Assembly (NCBI RefSeq): GCF_001545095.1 | Contig: NZ_CP013213.1 | Location: forward strand, 1,950,001-1,982,000 | DNA: 32,000 bases | Source: Erysipelothrix larvae | Lineage (GTDB): Bacteria > Bacillota_I > Bacilli_A > Erysipelotrichales > Erysipelotrichaceae | Direction: 5' to 3' | Shown: piece by piece, positions 27,027-32,000 of the stretch | Layout of the letters: each line of letters opens with the position of its first letter | Numbering within the stretch: the stretch's first letter is position 1 | Program-made: the position numbers and the translations under genes | Notes under the pieces: model-generated | What the model was told of the DNA's origin: nothing | Databases searched by the model: none | What the model saw: the letters and a program-made list of their open reading frames with translations, nothing else

Positions 27027-27581
27027 TTATAGTTCGAGTTGTCCACCAATATTAAACACAATTTCTGCGAGTTGTTTTTCATCAATATCATCGGGATTAT
27101 CCAGCCATTCTTGCAAGATGCCTAAGGCACCACTCAACATAAAGATTGAATAATAACGATTCAAATTTGATCCATGGGGTTGAGTGTTTATGATCTGATC
27201 AACACGGCTAAACACAATCCCCATCAGTTTCTCTTGAAAACTAATGTTTCCACCCTTTCTCATCAAGACTTTCATGTACTGAGAGTTTTCATTAAAGTAT
27301 TCAAAGAAACTCTCAATAATCTTAAAGTCACGTTCACTTTTCGCACCACTGAGGGTCGTAAGTCGTGCTTGAAGCCAGGTGAGTGTATCATCTTCAATAC
27401 TTTGAAGTAGGTCGTATTGATCTTTATAGTACTTATAGAAGGTTGACCGGTTGATATCTGCTTTTTCACACAACTCAGTAATGGATATTTTCCCAATGGA
27501 TTTTTGTTGCATCAATTCAATCAAACTATCCTTTAAAGCGCTTTGTGTATACCGTACTTTTCGGCTCAGTTTCTGTTCCAT
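27027..27581 (-). CDS. TetR/AcrR family transcriptional regulator (184 aa)
   Basis: HTH region ISITELCEKADINRSTFYKYYKDQYDLL. Start set at MEQKLSRK (ATG 27581, AGAGGG upstream). The upstream 26 codons of the tracked ORF are hydrophobic read-through of the intergenic region. Confidence 0.85.
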   Translation of the reverse strand: MEQKLSRKVRYTQSALKDSLIELMQQKSIGKISITELCEKADINRSTFYKYYKDQYDLLQSIEDDTLTWLQARLTTLSGAKSERDFKIIESFFEYFNENSQYMKVLMRKGGNISFQEKLMGIVFSRVDQIINTQPHGSNLNRYYSIFMLSGALGILQEWLDNPDDIDEKQLAEIVFNIGGQLEL

Positions 27582-27659
27582 AAACCCTCTTTCTTTTGTG
27601 TGTATCATATGTGAAAGGCTCACAAAAACAACACTTGATATAGAAATTGTTGATTTCAA

Positions 27660-27684
27660 AACAGTTAGTCCTAAACTGACTGTT
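27660..27684. promoter_or_regulatory. Candidate TetR operator (AACAGTTAGTC-cta-AACTGACTGTT)
   Basis: Imperfect inverted repeat with 9 of 11 matching arm positions, in the divergent tetR/ABC intergenic region. It overlaps the putative -35 of the ABC operon. Confidence 0.5.
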
Positions 27685-27711
27685 GTAAAAACAACACACT
27701 GTTATTATTAT
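27683..27711 (+). promoter_or_regulatory. Putative promoter of the MacB-type ABC operon
   Basis: TTGTAA (27683-27688), 17-nt spacer, TATTAT (27706-27711). Confidence 0.4.
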
Positions 27712-27762
27712 ATATAAGGTATAAAGTGTCAAATAAGAACGTAAGGAAAGGGTGTTGGTTCT

Positions 27763-28464
27763 ATGTCATTTATTGAATTCAAAAACGTTAAAAAAGATTA
27801 CCATGTCGGAGATGTCACCATCAGTGCTGTCGCTGATTGTTCATTCTCAGTGGATGAAGGTGAATTTGTTGTGGTGCTTGGACCCAGCGGAGCGGGGAAA
27901 ACAACCGTACTCAACATCTTAGGGGGTATGGATTTACCCACGGCTGGTGAAGTCATCGTGGATGGAAATCACGTTCACAAACTCTCAAAGAAAAAACTCG
28001 TGGATTATCGACGGGATGATATCGGGTTTGTGTTTCAGTTTTATAACCTTGTTGGAAATCTCACCGCATTAGAAAATGTCGAACTTGCATGTCAAATTCG
28101 TAAAAACCCTCTAGAACCCATACAGGTCTTAGAACAAGTGGGTTTATCGCATCGTGTCAATAACTTCCCTTCACAACTATCGGGTGGGGAACAACAACGT
28201 GTTTCCATTGCCCGCGCCATCGCAAAAAATCCTAAGTTACTTTTGTGTGATGAGCCTACGGGTGCTCTTGATAGTAAAACGGGGCAACTGATCCTTGAAC
28301 TTTTGATTCAAAACAGTCGCAAGCTCAACATGACCACCCTTTTAATTACCCATAACTCTGCAATTGCTGAAGTGGCAGACAAGGTCATCCGTGTGAAAAA
28401 TGGATCTGTAGAATCTGTCATCCATAATAAGCATCCAAAGAAAGTCGATGAAGTCGAATGGTAA
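27763..28464 (+). CDS. ABC transporter ATP-binding protein, MacB/LolD-type (233 aa)
   Basis: Walker [10 protein letters not shown], signature [14 protein letters not shown], Walker [13 protein letters not shown]. Confidence 0.92.
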   Translation: MSFIEFKNVKKDYHVGDVTISAVADCSFSVDEGEFVVVLGPSGAGKTTVLNILGGMDLPTAGEVIVDGNHVHKLSKKKLVDYRRDDIGFVFQFYNLVGNLTALENVELACQIRKNPLEPIQVLEQVGLSHRVNNFPSQLSGGEQQRVSIARAIAKNPKLLLCDEPTGALDSKTGQLILELLIQNSRKLNMTTLLITHNSAIAEVADKVIRVKNGSVESVIHNKHPKKVDEVEW

Positions 28465-28471
28465 ATAATGT

Positions 28472-31400
28472 ATGTTAGTTAAAAATACATTGTCGAAAAT
28501 AAAAAAATCACTGGGACGATACCTCTCAATCCTCACCATTGTTGTGGTGGGTGTTGCCTTTATGGCAGGGCTTCAAGCCAGCTCCGATAATATTGAAAAA
28601 ACCGCAGAAACTTATGTCACAGACTACAACCTCATGGACATCAAGATTGTCAGTACCCTTGGGTTAACCGCAGATGATGTCACACAGCTTCAAAAACTGG
28701 ATGGGATTCAATCTGTTACCCCCACATATTCTGTTGATGTCTTTAACAACGATCAAGTCATTCGCGTATTCGCTTTAGAAAACGATGTCAATCAAGTGCG
28801 TCTTATTGAAGGACGATTGCCTGAAAGCTTCAGTGAAGTAGTTGCGGATGCCAACACCTATCAAGTAGGAGATGTGATTACCATCACCAGTGATGTCCAA
28901 GACACACTCTCGCAAACCAGTTTCACGGTGGTTGGTACGGTACAATCCGTCCTGTTTTTATCCAATGATTATGGCAGTGCCACGATTGGTGATGGACGCC
29001 TCACCAGTTATATCTTCATACCGCGTGAAAACTTTATTCTTGATGTCTATACTGAGATTTATCTTCGCATCAACAACACCGTTGATGCACCTTTTTCAGA
29101 TGCATACACCCAACAGGTAAGTCGCATTGTGGATGAAGTCAGAGGTATCAGTGCAACACAAGAAAATGCACGTCGTGATGAAATTATCGCGGATGCTTTA
29201 AAAGAGATCGATGCGAATCAACGGACGTTGGATCAAGAACGACAAAACGGGCTTCAAAAGCTTGACGATGCACGCCATGAACTGGATACCAATTACCTTA
29301 AACTTCAAGATGCTCAAAAGGAATTGGATGCTCAACGTGCCACACTCAATGATCAAATCACCCAACAAAATGCAGCCTTTGATGAAGCGCGCACTCAAAT
29401 CAATCAAGCACGCATTACCATCAATGCATCATTAGACCAGGCAGGTTTGACCCCCACATCCCTTGAAACAACCTTAGCACAACTGGATGAAACCATCTTA
29501 TCCATCCAACAACAGCTCTCCTTATTGGACCCTGAAGATCCATTGTATGCCCAAACACAAGGCTATCTCACACAACTTCAAACCCAACAAGCACAGCTTC
29601 AAACCTTATCCGATTCAATCAATCAATTGGATGCACAGGAACTACAGCTTAATGAAGGTGTAACACAGTTTAATGCCGAAATAGATAATGCACAACGTCA
29701 AATTGATCAAGGACAACAAGACATTGATACAAACTTACAAAAAGTATACGATGGCTATGAAACCTTGGATGAAAACACCCTGACCTTTAATCAAGAAATC
29801 AAGGATGCACAAGCGAAAATCGACGATGCACGTCAAGAGGTTTTAACCCTTGAAATGCCAACATGGCATATCACAACACGTGATAACATCACTGCTTTTA
29901 GCTTTCTTAAAACAGGGATTACAGTCATACGACAAGTAACAAACGTCTTTCCTTTATTCTTTATCGCAATCGTAGTCTTAATGACTTCAAACTCAATGGC
30001 GCGTATGATTGCGGAAGAACGCAGTGAACTGGGAACCCTCACATCCCTTGGCTTTAAAGACAAAGAAATCACAGGCGCATATCTTCTTTATGTCTTGTCA
30101 TCTTCGGGTGTTGGTGCCCTGATTGGATTTGTACTGGGTAGTTTCATCATCCCACCGGTTATCTTTTCAACCTTTGACTTCTCAATTCCACCCCTTATCA
30201 ACGATCTCAACTTCCCACTTTTTGGAATCATGCTTCTCATTATTGCAGGGATGATGAGTGTGGTCACGATGTGGTCGTGCAATACTGAACTCAAACACAT
30301 GCCCGCAAACCTGATGCGTCCCCTTCCTCCAAAGAAAGGTCAAAAGATATTCCTAGAGAACATCCCCTTTATTTGGTCTCGCTTATCCTTTACGTGGAAA
30401 GTAACGATTCGTAACATGTTCCGTTATAAAAAACGTGGCCTTATGACACTGGTGGGTGTATCAGCTTGTACTGGACTTCTAGTGACGGGCTTTGGGATTC
30501 GCGACAGTGTGAATGGTGTAGTGGAAAAACAATACAATGAAATCTTCACGTATGATTCCATGGTAATCCTGAGTGATGCACTCAGCGATGTTTCACCACT
30601 TCAAGATACCCTTGAGTTAAACGGTCTGATCAACCCCCTATTTGTGAATCAAAATTCGTATTCACTGCTTGGATCGGATCAAAGTATTGATGCAATCATG
30701 ATTGTTCCTGAGAACCTGGATCAATTTGAAACCTACTTTAACTTAGTGGACTTTCAAACCCAGCAACCCCTCACCCTTGAAGACAATAAAATCATCCTAT
30801 CTCAAAATGCTGCCAGTCTTTTATCCTTAAGCGTTGGGGAGTCCCTGACCTTTGAAAATGCAGATAAAGTGCAATTTACCGTAGAAATATCAGGAATTGC
30901 AGAGAACTATCTCTCCAACTATATCTTTATGACACCACACACCTATGAAACCTTTATCAATGAGACCCTGACGTTCAACAGCGTCTTTGCGGACTTCACC
31001 ACAAACGCATCTCAATTAGGTGAAGTGTTAATGGCTTTAGATGACGTGGTAAGCATTACCTTTACCCAGGACATCATTCAAGCTGCTCTGGATGCCAATA
31101 GTGGGTTAAACAGTGTGGTAACCTTAATCGTAATTATCGCTTCGATCTTAGCCCTTGTAGTGCTGTACAACCTAACATCCATTAACATCAGTGAACGCAT
31201 TCGTGAGATTGCGACCTTGAAAGTTCTTGGATTCAAAGATCATGAAACCAATGCCTATATCTATCGAGAAGCCTTGATCCTCTCCATCATCGCAATCTTT
31301 ATTGGCATGGGATTGGGGATTGGACTCCATCGCTTTGTGATTGGCCTTGTGGAACTGGTTGGTAGCATCTTCTTTAGAACCATTGAACCCTTAACCTTTG

Positions 31401-31507
31401 TGATTTCATTTGTGATGACATTGGGTTTCATCATGATCATGCAAGGGGTCACCTATCTTAAGATCAAGACCATCAATATGATTGAGTCCTTGAAATCTGT
31501 TGAATAA
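28472..31507 (+). CDS. Tandem FtsX-domain (MacB-type) ABC permease with a ~240-aa Gln-rich coiled-coil insert (1011 aa)
   Basis: N-terminal TM helix, then an extracytoplasmic domain interrupted by heptad-rich residues ~225-460 (QERQNGLQKLDDARHELD...QLQTQQAQLQTL...). First FtsX module has ERSELGTLTSLGFKDKEI, followed by a second TM plus external domain. Second FtsX module has ERIREIATLKVLGFKDHE. Confidence 0.9.
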   Translation: MLVKNTLSKIKKSLGRYLSILTIVVVGVAFMAGLQASSDNIEKTAETYVTDYNLMDIKIVSTLGLTADDVTQLQKLDGIQSVTPTYSVDVFNNDQVIRVFALENDVNQVRLIEGRLPESFSEVVADANTYQVGDVITITSDVQDTLSQTSFTVVGTVQSVLFLSNDYGSATIGDGRLTSYIFIPRENFILDVYTEIYLRINNTVDAPFSDAYTQQVSRIVDEVRGISATQENARRDEIIADALKEIDANQRTLDQERQNGLQKLDDARHELDTNYLKLQDAQKELDAQRATLNDQITQQNAAFDEARTQINQARITINASLDQAGLTPTSLETTLAQLDETILSIQQQLSLLDPEDPLYAQTQGYLTQLQTQQAQLQTLSDSINQLDAQELQLNEGVTQFNAEIDNAQRQIDQGQQDIDTNLQKVYDGYETLDENTLTFNQEIKDAQAKIDDARQEVLTLEMPTWHITTRDNITAFSFLKTGITVIRQVTNVFPLFFIAIVVLMTSNSMARMIAEERSELGTLTSLGFKDKEITGAYLLYVLSSSGVGALIGFVLGSFIIPPVIFSTFDFSIPPLINDLNFPLFGIMLLIIAGMMSVVTMWSCNTELKHMPANLMRPLPPKKGQKIFLENIPFIWSRLSFTWKVTIRNMFRYKKRGLMTLVGVSACTGLLVTGFGIRDSVNGVVEKQYNEIFTYDSMVILSDALSDVSPLQDTLELNGLINPLFVNQNSYSLLGSDQSIDAIMIVPENLDQFETYFNLVDFQTQQPLTLEDNKIILSQNAASLLSLSVGESLTFENADKVQFTVEISGIAENYLSNYIFMTPHTYETFINETLTFNSVFADFTTNASQLGEVLMALDDVVSITFTQDIIQAALDANSGLNSVVTLIVIIASILALVVLYNLTSINISERIREIATLKVLGFKDHETNAYIYREALILSIIAIFIGMGLGIGLHRFVIGLVELVGSIFFRTIEPLTFVISFVMTLGFIMIMQGVTYLKIKTINMIESLKSVE

Positions 31508-31593
31508 GTTTTCAATCATCACCTTAAAAATATTTTCTTTTCGAGGTAAATTATCTAACCAAATTGAGGGTGTGAACTTGCTATAATGTAAAT

Positions 31594-31758
31594 GGTCAAA
31601 TATTATCAAGCTTGAATTCTATCCCCCCACACAACTAGAATTTTATATAAGCAAATTTGGTTAAAACACCCTTCGTGTTTATCCCACAGTCAACCAAAGA
31701 TATATTTGATTATCAATAAAAAAACGTCTGGCAAATCTTCCCCCCTCAGACGTTTTTT
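31594..31758 (+). ncRNA. Candidate small RNA (about 165 nt) with C-rich hairpin loops
   Basis: Extended -10 TGcTATAAT at 31579-31587. Hairpin GAATTCTA/TAGAATT (31614-31642) has a loop containing C6. Hairpin AAACAC/GTGTTT (31664-31680) has loop CCTTC. The terminator hairpin (31724-31753) has a loop containing C6, followed by T5. No ORF longer than 7 codons. Confidence 0.25.
31717..31758. terminator. Bidirectional rho-independent terminator
   Basis: ACGTCTG (31724-31730) pairs with CAGACGT (31747-31753), flanked by A7 (31717-31723) and T5 (31754-31758). It can serve both the + strand transcript and the convergent - strand gene. Confidence 0.65.
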
Positions 31759-31797
31759 CATGTTTATACAAACTTATAAATCAATGGACGCGATCTT

Positions 31798-31998
31798 TTA
31801 TCCTTGCGATAAAAGCGCACTTTCTGCTTGAACTAACTTTTTTCTTAAATCAGTCCATGATTCATCCAAGAAGAATTCATCCAAACACAGGATGTCACAT
31901 CCTGTGTATCTCAATCCAGGTTTATTGGTAATGAGCACCTCAAATCGATCTAAATCCCGATACAATTCCTCATAGGTTCTGCAATCCAGGACTTCAAA
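31798..31998 (-). CDS. 3' end of an unidentified CDS running out of the window (66 codons visible)
   Basis: Open frame on the - strand from the window edge to TAA (31798-31800): FEVLDCRTYEELYRDLDRFEVLITNKPGLRYTGCDILCLDEFFLDESWTDLRKKLVQAESALLSQG. Followed by the bidirectional terminator. Absent from the ORF track because there is no start in the window. Confidence 0.45.
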   Translation of the reverse strand, partial: FEVLDCRTYEELYRDLDRFEVLITNKPGLRYTGCDILCLDEFFLDESWTDLRKKLVQAESALLSQG

Positions 31999-32000
31999 GT

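Noticed and set aside
27451-27732. ORFs of 88 aa (+) and 68 aa (-) across the tetR/ABC divergent region
   Set aside because: They span the operator and promoter region and the tetR 5' end. They have no ribosome-binding sites and low-complexity hydrophobic translations.
31406-31609. 67-aa - strand ORF at the end of the large permease
   Set aside because: Most of it is antisense to the permease 3' end. It has no ribosome-binding site.

Overview
This window looks like a low-GC Gram-positive (Bacillota-type) chromosomal segment. GGAGG-type ribosome-binding sites, an LCP wall-teichoic ligase, a RelP/RelQ-type small alarmone synthetase and PadR/MarR/TetR-controlled ABC modules support that. I found no rRNA, tRNA, CRISPR array, integrase, transposase or recognisable phage gene.

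Gene content, left to right:
- Two tandem GH1 6-phospho-beta-glucosidase paralogs on the + strand; the first is cut by the window edge.
- A Fur-box-controlled operon on the - strand: a P1B-4 (PfeT/FrvA-like) P-type ATPase plus a Fur-family regulator.
- An LCP (LytR-CpsA-Psr) protein.
- A padR operon carrying three tandem DUF2812-like membrane paralogs.
- A MacB-type FtsX permease plus ABC ATPase.
- A PIG-L/LmbE deacetylase.
- An unassignable two-gene membrane cassette at 14863-17494.
- corA.
- An SDR plus small alarmone synthetase operon.
- A marR plus heterodimeric ABC exporter operon.
- A cupin plus SAM-methyltransferase pair.
- A tetR gene divergent from a MacB-type ATPase and a 1011-aa tandem-FtsX permease with a long Gln-rich coiled coil.

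The best candidate for an undescribed system is the translationally coupled pair at 14863-17494. Both proteins combine helical soluble parts with Gly/Ala-rich, glycine-zipper-like hydrophobic blocks. I see no signal peptide and no enzyme motif I can name with confidence.

Other points worth follow-up:
- Both GH1 paralogs have Gln in place of the catalytic acid/base Glu.
- An exact Bacillus-type Fur box sits in front of the iron-efflux-type ATPase.
- A direct-repeat motif (TTAAGGTTC-N2-TTAAG-N10 to the -10 hexamer) is shared by two promoters.
- Two candidate small RNAs display C-rich hairpin loops.
- The triplicated DUF2812 array has a composite palindromic operator.

All family calls come from motif reading by eye. 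No database search was run.
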